From NCBI GenBank assembly GCA_029856145.1, contig JAHQWK010000012.1, positions 64,001 through 128,000 on the forward strand: a stretch of DNA of 64,000 bases. Direction: 5' to 3'. The DNA is from Promethearchaeia archaeon (lineage in GTDB: Archaea; Asgardarchaeota; Lokiarchaeia; Sigyniarchaeales; SOKP01). This document shows, in pieces, positions 40,029-51,038 of this stretch. Made by a program: the position numbers and the translations under genes. The stretch's first letter is position 1; each line of letters starts with the position of its first letter. The notes beneath the pieces were generated by a model. The model ran no database searches, was not told where the DNA came from, and saw only the letters and a list, made by a program, of their open reading frames with translations.

Positions 40029-40443
40029 CTTTTCTTAGCTTTTTCTTACTTTCTAATTATTTAAACTTAAAACATATTTTTAAACACATTCATTTCATCA
40101 ATTTTGTGTGATGATATTCCGCACAAATTTGTAATACTTTATATTTATTCCACCGGATACGTATAAAACCTTAAAATTTTAATGCAAATATTTTGTGTGT
40201 AAAAAAACCTGTGATATCCTAATATTAAATCTTCCAGCTATTTTATTTTCCGTTATAATATATAGATATCATTATACTTCAGTGAAGCAAGAATCTGATG
40301 AAATTTATCGACATAATTTCTTTTTAATTAGTTCTCTATAGAATATTTTATAGAAAGAACTAATTTTTATCTCATTCCAATCTTATAAACAGGTTTCTTA
40401 TTTTAAGAAGATAGATTAGATTTACTATCTAGAGTAGAGTTTA

Positions 40444-40597
40444 TAAAAAGTGGGGTGAATATAGATTCTTTTTTAAAGGAATTATTGTGTTTTCCTATTT
40501 TTAGTATTAAATGTACTTAATTATGAGCCTAATGGATGCATTAGCTTTTTAGGTACATTGTATATACGTATTCGTCTATATATCACCCCTTATTTTA
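40444..40597 (+). ncRNA. Candidate structured RNA or MITE-like element
   Basis: 15-bp outer helix 40452-40466/40574-40589 enclosing nested stems; G-U pairs favour the + strand. Confidence 0.4.
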
Positions 40598-40726
40598 AGA
40601 GAATGATTTTATTTCTGCAATTCAATAATAAGACAAATCTGTATATAAACCTTTTCTTGTGATTTAAATTTAGTAAATAACTTCTAATTCAGTATAAGTA
40701 GTTAAAAAAATAATATTGATAAAAAA

Positions 40727-41836
40727 TTAGATTTTCCACTTACCTTCTTCATAGATAACTTTATCATCAACTAGAATTTTAGAACCCGGGAGGCTCATAT
40801 CTTTTAATATATCCCAATGTATCCCACACTTATTTTTTGAACCCGCCTCTTCAATTCCAGATCCAAGAGCGCAATGAATCGTTCCTCCCATTTTTTCATC
40901 GAAAAGCATGTTTTTTGTAAATTGAGTGATACCATAATTAGTCCCAATAGCAAATTCACCCAATATATCAGCATTTTCAATTTTTAATAGTTCTTTTAAT
41001 AGTTCATCGCCCTTATCTGCTGAGGATTTTATTACTTTTCCATCCTTGAACTCCAAATATATATTCTGGATTTCTTTCCCTTGAAATATACCTGGATAAG
41101 TAAACCGAATATGACCATTTACAGAATCTTCTATTGGAGCACTTAGAACTTCTCCATCAGGCAAATTTAAATGACCACATTCATTTACCCATATTCTATC
41201 TTTAACTGACATTGTTAAATCAGTATCTTCACCAATTATTTGGATTTTTTCAGTATTTTTTAAGTGTTTACAGATGTCATCTTGTCTTTTCTCCATCTCT
41301 AACCATTCATTTACAGGTTCTTCTTTATCTAGAAACAAAGCTTTCTCTATAAACTTAAAATAAGAAAATAAATCTACATTTGCTTCTTGAGCAAAGGCAT
41401 TGCATGGGAAAGGTAAAAGAAGATATTTTAATTCCTTATTACCTATTCTCTCCATCAAGATGTCCCAAATCTCCCTATTAGCTGGTGATCCTTGAACTTT
41501 TGATAACAATTTTGGATCAACCAAACTCATTTTACGAGTATTATAATCTCCAGATATTACAATATAGGCATCAAATTCTTTAAGGATGGTTATTTGAATA
41601 GGATCAACATAAAGTAATTGTTCTTCAGAGGCATATTTTAGTTTTAATTCTTGTGTTCCTTCAATTCCCACATTGAGAAGAGGATAACCTCCAGCTTTAA
41701 TTGTTTCAATATATAAAGCTTGGAAAAGCTCTTTTGCTAAAGCTGGACCAGTAATAAGTACTCTATTTCCCTTTTTTATGTTAACAGCGTAATTTACCGC
41801 TAATTTTGCTAACTTTTCATAGAACGAGTTTATCAT
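40727..41836 (-). CDS. M29 family aminopeptidase (AmpS/aminopeptidase T)
   Basis: NLPDGEV, LGEFAIG, LFDEKMGGTIHCALG, HWDI. Confidence 0.92.
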   Translation of the reverse strand: MINSFYEKLAKLAVNYAVNIKKGNRVLITGPALAKELFQALYIETIKAGGYPLLNVGIEGTQELKLKYASEEQLLYVDPIQITILKEFDAYIVISGDYNTRKMSLVDPKLLSKVQGSPANREIWDILMERIGNKELKYLLLPFPCNAFAQEANVDLFSYFKFIEKALFLDKEEPVNEWLEMEKRQDDICKHLKNTEKIQIIGEDTDLTMSVKDRIWVNECGHLNLPDGEVLSAPIEDSVNGHIRFTYPGIFQGKEIQNIYLEFKDGKVIKSSADKGDELLKELLKIENADILGEFAIGTNYGITQFTKNMLFDEKMGGTIHCALGSGIEEAGSKNKCGIHWDILKDMSLPGSKILVDDKVIYEEGKWKI

Positions 41837-41952
41837 ATTTAAACTAATTATTCATGTTTTTTTTAAGTTTATGAAATTAAGACTTAAATAATTTTAAAGA
41901 GAATTAGAATTATCAAAAATAGTTTTAACTAGAAAAAAATTAGTGAAAAATT

Positions 41953-42096
41953 TTGTCGAAAACAAAAAATTTAGTAGCTATGGCTTTTGATACTGGATAT
42001 ACAATGTCAGATACCTTCATAATCGATGAGAAAGGAGTTTTTATTGTAGGAAAAGCCCAAACAGCCCCAAATAATGAATCTGAAGGAATTTTATGA
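41953..42096 (+). pseudogene. N-terminal remnant of a hydantoinase A/acetone carboxylase beta-subunit gene
   Basis: AFDTGYTMSDTFIIDEKGVFIVGKAQTAPNNESEGI resembles the family pattern GIDAGGTMTDTF..G.FVVGKAQTTP..ES.G; stops after 47 codons; absent from the ORF track. Confidence 0.7.
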
Positions 42097-42135
42097 AAAA
42101 AGGTTAGGAAAAAAAGCACCAGACAAATAGCATTT

Positions 42136-42414
42136 CTAAACTATAGGTGCTTTCAAATCTTTTTTCTGATCATATTTATCAAAATTTTTTTCTTTATACC
42201 AAGAATAAATCCCTAATCCTATTAAGAAAAAAGAAAACGCCAAATAACCACCAAAAAATGTTATACTAATTGTAAACCACCCTATACTAGCAACTCGCTT
42301 AAAAATAATAGCGCAAATTATACCAGTTAAAGCTATAACGCATGATGTGATGCCACAAAATATATCAAAGTAAATTGCTCTACTTTCATCTTTAGATTGC
42401 TTTGTCCTTGCCAT
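42136..42414 (-). CDS. Small two-TM protein
   Basis: Two hydrophobic helices. Confidence 0.6.
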   Translation of the reverse strand: MARTKQSKDESRAIYFDIFCGITSCVIALTGIICAIIFKRVASIGWFTISITFFGGYLAFSFFLIGLGIYSWYKEKNFDKYDQKKDLKAPIV

Positions 42415-42440
42415 AAATTTTCAACCTTTATAAATTCTCA

Positions 42441-42468
42441 TTAACTAGGGCTAATGAGCCCAAGTTAA
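42441..42468. terminator. Inverted repeat (terminator or operator)
   Basis: TTAACT-A-GGGCT AATG AGCCC-A-AGTTAA downstream of ald. Confidence 0.35.
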
Positions 42469-42592
42469 AAAATTTTCTAGTAATTTAAATAGGGCTTCTT
42501 TGACTTCCATTTTTGACAATAAATGTAAATTTTTTTTTATCAATATTATTTTTATTTATAAATCCGTTATTTAAATGATGATTTGGAAAATT

Positions 42593-43708
42593 TTATAAAA
42601 GTTCTTCTATATCTTTAAAAGGATAGTCAAAAGATTCTGCAATTTCTTTTATTGTTATATTACCCTTAAAAAGATTAACACCCCTTCTTAGTGAAGGATA
42701 TTTTTTGAGAACTTTAGCAATATCTTCATCTGATATTAAGTTTAATAAATATGGAAATAAACTTTCAGATAGTGCTTCTGTAGATGTCCTTGGATAAGCA
42801 CCAGGCATATTTGTAACACAATAATGAATTATACCTTCTTCTAGATAGGTAGGTTCTTCGTGATTTGTAGGTCTACTAGTTTCTATACAACCTCCTTGAT
42901 CAATAGAAACATCAATTATAACAGAACCAGGGCTCATTGATCTAACCATATCTCTTGAAACGATTCTTGGTGCTTTTGCATTTGGAATTAAAACTGTCCC
43001 GATTAAAATGTCTGCTTTTTTAACTTTTTTTCTTATATTTCTTATATTTGACATAATAACATTAATTCCATTTGGCAATATTTCCTTTAGATATCGAATA
43101 CGTTCTATATTTCTTTCTAAGATTGTTACATCAGCACCCAAACCATAGCCTGCTAATGCAGCATTAATCCCCGCAGTACCTCCACCTAATACAGTAATAT
43201 GTCCTCTATATACTCCAGTAGCCCCTCCTAATAAAACCCCTTTACCTTTATTATGGAAAGATTGTAAATTAGCACCCTTAATCAGAGCCATCCTTCCAGC
43301 TATCTCAGACATAGGTATTAAAATTGGCAGATGCCCATCAGCTAATTCAACAGATTCAAAAGCGATTGCGGTTGCTTTACCCTTTATAAATACATCTGTT
43401 AATTCTTTAACTGCAGATAAATGTAAGAAAGAAAATAATATTGGTCCAGGATTAAAATAATTTAATTCCTCTAAAACAGGTTCTTTAACTTTAACAAGAA
43501 TATCTGAATCTGTATATATCTGTCTTTTAGTATCATATATTTTTGCTCCAACTTTAAGATATTGGTTATTATCAAATCCTGCATTTTTTCCCGCATCACG
43601 TTCGATTATTACATTATGACCTAGATGAACAAGTTCCTCAACATTATAGGGAGAAAGACTTACTCGCCCCTCTCCCAACTTTATTTCTTTTGGGATTCCT
43701 ATTATCAT
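42593..43708 (-). CDS. ald: Alanine dehydrogenase (bacterial type)
   Basis: [49 protein letters not shown]. Confidence 0.93.
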   Translation of the reverse strand: MIIGIPKEIKLGEGRVSLSPYNVEELVHLGHNVIIERDAGKNAGFDNNQYLKVGAKIYDTKRQIYTDSDILVKVKEPVLEELNYFNPGPILFSFLHLSAVKELTDVFIKGKATAIAFESVELADGHLPILIPMSEIAGRMALIKGANLQSFHNKGKGVLLGGATGVYRGHITVLGGGTAGINAALAGYGLGADVTILERNIERIRYLKEILPNGINVIMSNIRNIRKKVKKADILIGTVLIPNAKAPRIVSRDMVRSMSPGSVIIDVSIDQGGCIETSRPTNHEEPTYLEEGIIHYCVTNMPGAYPRTSTEALSESLFPYLLNLISDEDIAKVLKKYPSLRRGVNLFKGNITIKEIAESFDYPFKDIEELL

Positions 43709-44035
43709 ATTTCAATCAAGCTTATTTTATAATTTAAATATTTTTGTATTAATTTAAAATAATGTTTTTAAAAAAATTAAATTAATTAATAAAAAGGATA
43801 ATTTATTTGATAAAAATTTTAATAATTATATTTAAAGCCTTTTAACATACTTTTATATTTAAAAAGTAGGAAATTATGAAGAAGAAAAAAATTTCATAAT
43901 ACATTAATATAAAAATGATTAGGATAAATAGATAAAGTCAAGACATATAAAACTTAACCTAATATGTAATAATAGATAAAGTGAATTAATTATTTTAAGA
44001 TTAAAAAAATATAAAAAAAAAATAAGAATTTAATT

Positions 44036-44770
44036 TTATTGAACCTGCGTCATAGGTATACCTTTAAATTCATGACCACATTTTCCGCAAAACTTAAGGG
44101 AAGGATCTTCGATATCTGCTCCACATTCAGGGCAAAATTTAAGTGTGGGAGCGTCTGAAGGTTTTGTCTTTTCAACAGGGGTTTTAGGTTCTTTCTTTTC
44201 AGGGATTTTCTCTTCTCGTTCTTTTGAGTAATAATGAGCTGCTCCAGCGCCACCAAAAGCTAAGCCAGCTGCTAAGAATCCTCCAATAACTCCAAAATTC
44301 ACAGTATGCAGAGACATACTTATACCATAAGCGTTTATGTTCCAGAAATCGTAAGTAACACCGGGAGGTGGAGGACCTAAGTAACTCTCTATCGGAAAAT
44401 TTAAAGGTACTAATATAAGCCATAATAACTCAGCGACAATAAATAGAATTCCCAATATTGCAGATGGAATTATAACTTTTCTTATTTTATCATTTCTTTT
44501 AAGGGTAATACCAGATACGAGACTTCCAACTCCACCTATAGCGATTAAAATAGTTGCAATTAAACTGGGAATCATAACCATAGGTTCTGTAATAAAATCT
44601 GTACCTACTAACATTCCGCCGTAATCATATATATATAAATCCCACATCCAAAGATTTGCTGTCACCGTTCCCATAAGATTTATTGAAGCTACTGGAGTTA
44701 CTATAGCGATGAATGCTAGAATTCCAGCAACTAAAGGAAAAACCCAAATATATTCTCTTATTTTTGTCAT
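44036..44770 (-). CDS. Four-TM membrane protein with C-terminal zinc ribbon
   Basis: Four hydrophobic helices; FCPECG..FCGKCG. Confidence 0.75.
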   Translation of the reverse strand: MTKIREYIWVFPLVAGILAFIAIVTPVASINLMGTVTANLWMWDLYIYDYGGMLVGTDFITEPMVMIPSLIATILIAIGGVGSLVSGITLKRNDKIRKVIIPSAILGILFIVAELLWLILVPLNFPIESYLGPPPPGVTYDFWNINAYGISMSLHTVNFGVIGGFLAAGLAFGGAGAAHYYSKEREEKIPEKKEPKTPVEKTKPSDAPTLKFCPECGADIEDPSLKFCGKCGHEFKGIPMTQVQ

Positions 44771-44958
44771 AAAAAAATCACTTTAAAATTGAGTTTCGTT
44801 ATTGTTTTATTATTTCTCATAAAAGTTTATAAAGTTTATGAAATCAGATAAGAAATTATAGTTTTTATTTTTATCAGAATTTATTATAAACAAAGATATT
44901 AGCACAAATAAAAAAAAATAAGTTAAATTGATTTAGTTATGATTTTTCTATAGCTTTA

Positions 44959-45369
44959 TTACATAAAAAGGGCAGCTGCTCCAGCAAGTATGACTACAAT
45001 ACCACCTATTAGTGGTAAGTAAAAACCAATACTTAGATACATATCAGCACCCATAAATACAGGTATTAATGACCCAATTAATAATAAAACGCCACTAATT
45101 AGCCAAATAATGCCCATTATTTTCAACTCTTCACGTTTTTTAGCTAAAAAACCAGTAGCTAATGCTATAACTGCGAAGATTATAATAAGGATACCTGCAA
45201 ACACTATATCACTCATTACCCATTGTGTAATTCCCATTATTGATACTAATCCCCATGACCACATCATCATAGGTCCTGTCGTTATCCAAATGTATGGTGT
45301 ACACCAGCCAATTAAGCCAAGAATTCCTCCAACAAGTGCTATAAGCCAAGCTTTTTCTTTTAATCCCAT
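44959..45369 (-). CDS. Four-TM membrane protein, paralog of the adjacent gene's TM domain
   Basis: W..LVGGIL..I...TP...W.W.L pattern shared with 44036-44770. Confidence 0.7.
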   Translation of the reverse strand: MGLKEKAWLIALVGGILGLIGWCTPYIWITTGPMMMWSWGLVSIMGITQWVMSDIVFAGILIIIFAVIALATGFLAKKREELKIMGIIWLISGVLLLIGSLIPVFMGADMYLSIGFYLPLIGGIVVILAGAAALFM

Positions 45370-45640
45370 ATTTAAAAACCTTTTTTTGTTTTATAATAAT
45401 TTTTATATTTTTTTTTGAATTTCTAATGTTGTTAGTTATATATTTTTTCTCTATAATATATAAAGATTTCTGATTATTAGATTAGTAAATTTTTCAAGAA
45501 GATAGAAAGCTGTTATTAAAACTTTATTGTTTGTAATACTTTCTTATTAGGTTTAGATTCATAATATTAAGTCAGATAAATAATTAAAACAAAAGTTACA
45601 ATTACATCCTTCAAAAATCAAATAAAATAAAAATAATTTA

Positions 45641-46711
45641 TTATAATAATAAAGTCCAATCAATTTCTTTTTCAATTATATCTAAAACTTTCTCAATTTC
45701 ATCTTCTTGTATTCCCGGTTTTAAACGTTCTAGATTCATCATTGTGGTATATGTGTCAGATGGACTAAGGATTATTGGTATCCCCTTTTCATTAGCTGCA
45801 GTAATTACACCCATATCAGGTTGGATAAAACCTGTAAGAATTAAAGTAGAAACATTCTGATCTAATGCTGCCATTGCTAAATCAGTTCTATCTCCCCCTG
45901 TAATAAATGCTGCTCTTTTAACTTGCCGTAAATATTTTAAAGCAGCCTGTGCATTCATAGCACCAATTAGGAATGTCTCAACTAAATTGTTTAAACCAGA
46001 TGATGCTTGCTCATTAATTAATTCTCCACCAATTTGCTCTTTAAGTTCATTAACTCGAGGTGAAAATAATTCAACACTCTTTTCAATTATTCCTAATACA
46101 GGAATATCGTATCTCTTTATATGGTCTTCGGTAAGTTCTTTAATTCTTGCAATATACTCGTAATTTATTTTATTAAAAAGAATACCCATAATCTTAATAT
46201 TTCGAAACTTAAAATAATTCTTCGTGAAAAAAAAGTTATCTATAGATCGATCTGACGATTCTGTAGAAACATAAATTAATTCATTAATGCCTAAATCTTG
46301 AGCAATAGTAATATCATCTAGTCCTATTCTAATAAATTTCCTAATACTAGGGTTACCTTCAATAATTACATAATCCATATTCGTGGTGATTTTATCATAA
46401 GCATTTTTAATTTTTTGCATGAATTCTTCTTTTTTAGTGGAATCAACTAAATCAACATAGTATGCATCTGGAATTGATACAGGTGAAATAAAATCATATG
46501 GGTGATCTGTTCGAAAAACAGTGTTTAAAATAAACCCGACATCAGGATCTGCTTTATTTGTAAACGCACTTTTAGGAATACCAATAGGCTTAAAATAAGC
46601 AAATTTTTTCCCTTCTTTTTTTAATTTTTGAATAAAACCTATTGAAAGAAAGCTTTTTCCAGCACTTTCTTCCAATGAGCTTAAATAAAATACTTTTACC
46701 ATTCTTCTCAC
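45641..46711 (-). CDS. Phosphotransacetylase N-terminal-like (BioD-like + DRTGG) protein
   Basis: SAGKS, YFKPIG, IGAM, ITGGDRTD, LILTG. Confidence 0.85.
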   Translation of the reverse strand: MRRMVKVFYLSSLEESAGKSFLSIGFIQKLKKEGKKFAYFKPIGIPKSAFTNKADPDVGFILNTVFRTDHPYDFISPVSIPDAYYVDLVDSTKKEEFMQKIKNAYDKITTNMDYVIIEGNPSIRKFIRIGLDDITIAQDLGINELIYVSTESSDRSIDNFFFTKNYFKFRNIKIMGILFNKINYEYIARIKELTEDHIKRYDIPVLGIIEKSVELFSPRVNELKEQIGGELINEQASSGLNNLVETFLIGAMNAQAALKYLRQVKRAAFITGGDRTDLAMAALDQNVSTLILTGFIQPDMGVITAANEKGIPIILSPSDTYTTMMNLERLKPGIQEDEIEKVLDIIEKEIDWTLLL

Positions 46712-46720
46712 TTCTTTTTA

Positions 46721-48871
46721 TTATCTTTTAATTGTAATTTTAATATCTACAGCACTATACCCCTTTATAAAAGCTAAAAGGGGATTTATATCCAACTCTA
46801 CAATTTCAGGAAAATCATTAACTAGCTGTGAAAGTCTTAACAAGACATCAATTATGGCATCAATATCAGATGGAGCCTCTCCTCTAACACCTTGGAGAAG
46901 ACTATTAAGTTTTGTGCTGCTTATTAGCTTTTTTGCATCTGTTTTTGTGAATTTATGTGATAAAGCAAAAGCAACATCTTTGATAAAATTGGCGTAAATC
47001 CCTCCCGTTCCAAACATTAATAATGGCCCAAATTGAGAGTCCCTAGACATGCCTATTATAATCTCATTTACTTTTACTTCAGATTTAATATCTATCATCT
47101 GTTGCACTTCTACTCCATAAATCTTAGCATTTTGAGGGCCAAATTTTTTCGCATTATTGACAATTTGTATATATGCTTCAAAAGCATCTTGTTCTGTTTC
47201 AATATTTAATAAAATTCCTCCAACATCGGTTTTATGTATGATATTAGGGCTAACTATTTTCATAACAGATTTTCCAATTTCTGATTGTAATTTCATAGCT
47301 TGTCTAGGAGTTTGAGCTAAACGTGATTTTGGAGATTTAATGCCATAGCAATCAAAAACTTCACTTGTTTCATAGCTTAATAAAACCATCCTACGATCCT
47401 TACGAACATTAGAGAAAATCTCTGCTATCCTTTCCTTATTTACCTTAAATGAAAGAATTTCAAGCTCATCTAAAGCTGTACTATTTAAGTATTCACGTCG
47501 TTTTATTAATGTCCTTAATGAATGAGCAGCTCGGTCCGGAAAATGATAACATGGTATGTGATTTTGTTTTAAAAATTCTCTACCCTCTGAAATATTTTTT
47601 CCTCCTATGAAAGAACACACTATTGGTTTACCATTTAAATGATTGGAAAATATATTATGTATAAGTCTAGCGACTTCAGTAGGTTTTGTTTGAGCTTGAG
47701 GAGTTACAATAATTAAGGCACCTTGGGTAGTTATATCGCCATAATCTTGCCCAGAATTCAAACCGAAAACAGTCTTAATTGTAAAATCATACCGATCAGG
47801 TTTAGCATCTCCTACAATATCTATTGGATTGAAAATTGCAGCTTCTAATGGTAAATTTTTTCTTAAACTATGAAGAATTGGTTCTGAAAAGCTTGCAAAC
47901 TTTAAATCTTCACGTTCAAAAGCATCAGTTGCCACAATACCAGGTCCACCAGCATTTGTAATTATCGCAAAAGAGTTCTCTTTTGGTACGGGTTGGTATA
48001 GGAAAATCTCACCGTAATCAAATAGATCTTCTATAGTTTTGGCTCTAATCACCCCAGATTTACTGAATGCCAAATCATAAGCAATATCAATTCCTGCTAA
48101 GGCTCCAGTATGGCTTGAAGCAGCTCTGGCACCGGCTTCACTAACTCCAGATTTTAAAATTACTATTGGCTTTTTCCGAGTAGCTCTTGGGAGAACACTT
48201 AAGAACTTCTCTCCATCTTTAATGCTTTCCAAATAACATAATATTACTTTTGTATTTTCGTCATCAGCAAGGTATTTAATAAAATCAACTGCACCTAAAT
48301 CAGCCTTATTTCCCAAACTAATATTACATGAGAATCCAAAAGCCTGTGTCATACTGTAATCCATCATACCAGTAAGCATGGCACCTGATTGTGATATCAT
48401 AGCGATCTCTCCTTTTTTAGGGGTCTCTGCAGCAAATGATCCATTATAGTTTAAACCTATTAGACCCAAACAATTCGGGCCTAAAATTCTCATATTATAT
48501 TTTTTACTAATTTTGATTAGTTCTTCTTCCCTTTTAACGCCTTCTCCACCGACTTCTTTAAATCCTGCTGAAATGATAATTAACCCTTTAACTTCCTTTT
48601 TACCACATTCCTCTGCTGCTTTATTCACAAATTTTCCTGGAATAACAAAAATGGCTATATCAATATCACCCGACACATCTAAAACGCTCGTATAACAAGG
48701 TAAATCACAAATCTCCCTAGCTTTCGGATTTATTGGAAAGATCTTACCACTATAACCTGAATTTATTATATTATTTAATACTGTGTTGCCTACTTTCCCC
48801 TCTTTCTCGCTAGCTCCAATTACAGCAATACTTTTAGGATTGAAGAAAAATGAGATATCGTTATTGGCCAT
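46721..48871 (-). CDS. acdAB: ADP-forming acetate-CoA ligase, alpha-beta fusion
   Basis: PKSIAVIGAS, LGPNCLG, SQSGA, phospho-His ASSHTG, TNAGGPG, NPIDIVGDA, HKTDVGG, ELDINP. Confidence 0.88.
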   Translation of the reverse strand: MANNDISFFFNPKSIAVIGASEKEGKVGNTVLNNIINSGYSGKIFPINPKAREICDLPCYTSVLDVSGDIDIAIFVIPGKFVNKAAEECGKKEVKGLIIISAGFKEVGGEGVKREEELIKISKKYNMRILGPNCLGLIGLNYNGSFAAETPKKGEIAMISQSGAMLTGMMDYSMTQAFGFSCNISLGNKADLGAVDFIKYLADDENTKVILCYLESIKDGEKFLSVLPRATRKKPIVILKSGVSEAGARAASSHTGALAGIDIAYDLAFSKSGVIRAKTIEDLFDYGEIFLYQPVPKENSFAIITNAGGPGIVATDAFEREDLKFASFSEPILHSLRKNLPLEAAIFNPIDIVGDAKPDRYDFTIKTVFGLNSGQDYGDITTQGALIIVTPQAQTKPTEVARLIHNIFSNHLNGKPIVCSFIGGKNISEGREFLKQNHIPCYHFPDRAAHSLRTLIKRREYLNSTALDELEILSFKVNKERIAEIFSNVRKDRRMVLLSYETSEVFDCYGIKSPKSRLAQTPRQAMKLQSEIGKSVMKIVSPNIIHKTDVGGILLNIETEQDAFEAYIQIVNNAKKFGPQNAKIYGVEVQQMIDIKSEVKVNEIIIGMSRDSQFGPLLMFGTGGIYANFIKDVAFALSHKFTKTDAKKLISSTKLNSLLQGVRGEAPSDIDAIIDVLLRLSQLVNDFPEIVELDINPLLAFIKGYSAVDIKITIKR

Positions 48872-49019
48872 TTTTAATTCTGAAAATTAATATATTCTAA
48901 AGCGTGTATAAAATTCTATTATTGTGATTATTTTTAAATTTTTCATTGATTAAAAATACATCTTTAAAACATAAAGTTAAAAACATAATCATTAAAAATT
49001 TTTCATCTTTTCTTTTTGT

Positions 49020-49496
49020 ATGACGAGAATTATTATAGTAACGAATAGAGGAGAGATAAATCTCAATTTATTTGATGATGATGCTCCAATGACAGTTACT
49101 AGCTTTTTACACTTGATAAGTCAAGATTTCTATAATGGCATTGTTTTTCACCGCGTAATAGCTGACTTCATGATTCAGGTTGGCTGCCCTTTAGGTCGTG
49201 GAATAGGAGGTCCAAGAGATAAAGGAATAAGTTCCTTTCCTTATCGAGGTCAACAAATTAGTTATCCATTTGCAGATGAGTTCCAAAGTGGAAGAAAATT
49301 TGATAAACCAGGCATCTTAGCGATGGCAAATGCTGGAGCAAATACAAATGGATCACAAATTTTCATCACACATGTACCTACATCACACCTTAATAATAAA
49401 CACACAATTTTCGGGGAAGTTATAAATCCCTCAGATCAAGATGTTGTTAATTCAATAGTTCAAGGAGATAAAATTATTGCAATAAAAATAGTCTAA
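49020..49496 (+). CDS. Cyclophilin-type peptidyl-prolyl isomerase
   Basis: FHRVIADFMIQ, LAMANAGANTNGSQIFIT, HTIFG. Confidence 0.93.
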   Translation: MTRIIIVTNRGEINLNLFDDDAPMTVTSFLHLISQDFYNGIVFHRVIADFMIQVGCPLGRGIGGPRDKGISSFPYRGQQISYPFADEFQSGRKFDKPGILAMANAGANTNGSQIFITHVPTSHLNNKHTIFGEVINPSDQDVVNSIVQGDKIIAIKIV

Positions 49497-49658
49497 AATC
49501 AATAGATCTTAAATTAAACTCTTTATTTTTTTTTAAACTAAAATCTGATATGTTTTTTATATTCTGGATAATACTAAAAATTTATAGATATTACTAATAT
49601 TAATAAATTGGATTATGAATAATTTTTCTTAAAACTAATTTAATTGTGGCTATAGATC

Positions 49659-50939
49659 ATGAGTAAAGATCTGAAAGACTTAATTAATTCAGTTGAAAAG
49701 GAAACAAAATCTCAAGCTGAATTAGAACAAATTATACATTCATTAAAAGATGAAATAAATCGATTAGATTTTACAGTTAACGAGCAAAAATTATTAATTG
49801 AAAATCTTAGGAGCCAAATGAAAGACGAAGATCTTGAACAAGCTGAATTACCAAGCGAAATAAATGTTTTAAAAGATATTATCACATCCCAAAGAAAGGA
49901 ATTGGAAGAAAAAGACAACATAATTGACAATTTAAATGATAAAATTTTAGAATTCGATACAGAAATTGAAAACAGTGAAGATTTTAATTCAAGAGAAAAA
50001 CTTGATGAAGAATTTTTTAATGCTCAAAAATTAATAATACAACTAACTGATGAAAATGAGCACTATAAAACCCAAATCGAACAATTACAGAACCGACTTG
50101 ATGATATTCAATTAGAAGAAGGAGATATTGATGATTTTCTTGATGATGAAACAAAAATCAGAGAGAATGAAGAATTAATAAATTTTAAAAAGCTAAATTT
50201 CCAATTGATGCAAGAAAATGGTTTATTACGAGTAGAAATAGAATCTATGAAAGCTAAAATGCAAGAAAGAATAGATGAGGCAAGTTCAGAAGAATTGGAA
50301 ATAGCATATGCAAAAATCGATGCTTTAACCTCAGAACTCGAAGATTATGAATCACAGATAAAATATTTACAAGAACAGCTAAAAAATTTAAGTGAACCAG
50401 TAACAGTTTCAACCGAAGAAGCATTAGAATTTGCCAAACTTAGAGAAGAATTTGATAATTTGAAATCTGAGTTATTTAAATATCAACAAGAAAATAAAAC
50501 TCTTCACGATAATTTAAATGAAGTAAAAAAAAGAAATCAAGATCTTGAAAGTGTAAAAGTTCATAGCACATCTATAGTACGAGGAATGCCAAAAAAAATA
50601 AAACACACTCTTTTTAATAGAATGTATCGCTTACTTGATGAAGATAATAAAAATAAGGTTATAGACTTCCTTATTCAAGATTTAAAAAGTAATAATAATG
50701 AGACAAAGAGAAACGCTATAAAAATATTGAGTCAGATAAAGGATAACAAAGTTTATGATGCCTTTCTTGAAATCATTGATGATAAAGATTGGTTAGTTAG
50801 ATATAATCTTATAAAAGCCCTTAATCAATTTGAAAATAAAAGTAATGAATTTAAAGGTTTGTTAAAAAAGCTTTCTAAAGATGTTGATGTAGATGTTAGA
50901 GAGCTTGCGGGAAAAATTTTAAATAATTACTCTGAATAA
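49659..50939 (+). CDS. Long coiled-coil protein with C-terminal HEAT repeats
   Basis: Heptad E/Q/L-rich ~300 aa; D.DWLVR..IKAL, DVDVDVRELA. Confidence 0.75.
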   Translation: MSKDLKDLINSVEKETKSQAELEQIIHSLKDEINRLDFTVNEQKLLIENLRSQMKDEDLEQAELPSEINVLKDIITSQRKELEEKDNIIDNLNDKILEFDTEIENSEDFNSREKLDEEFFNAQKLIIQLTDENEHYKTQIEQLQNRLDDIQLEEGDIDDFLDDETKIRENEELINFKKLNFQLMQENGLLRVEIESMKAKMQERIDEASSEELEIAYAKIDALTSELEDYESQIKYLQEQLKNLSEPVTVSTEEALEFAKLREEFDNLKSELFKYQQENKTLHDNLNEVKKRNQDLESVKVHSTSIVRGMPKKIKHTLFNRMYRLLDEDNKNKVIDFLIQDLKSNNNETKRNAIKILSQIKDNKVYDAFLEIIDDKDWLVRYNLIKALNQFENKSNEFKGLLKKLSKDVDVDVRELAGKILNNYSE

Positions 50940-51038
50940 CTTATAGAATTGACAGATTTGTCATTTACTAATAGACGCATTCATAAGTTATTATTCTTTT
51001 CATTTAAATACAGCTTTGTCATAACAGGATGCTAAATA

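Noticed and set aside
40100-40130. Imperfect hairpin TTTGTGTG..CGCACAAA upstream of the 39714-40028 gene
   Set aside because: Short and AT-rich; cannot be separated from chance.
50950-50963. TGACA-N4-TGTCA palindrome as an operator
   Set aside because: Only 5-bp arms and a single clear copy.
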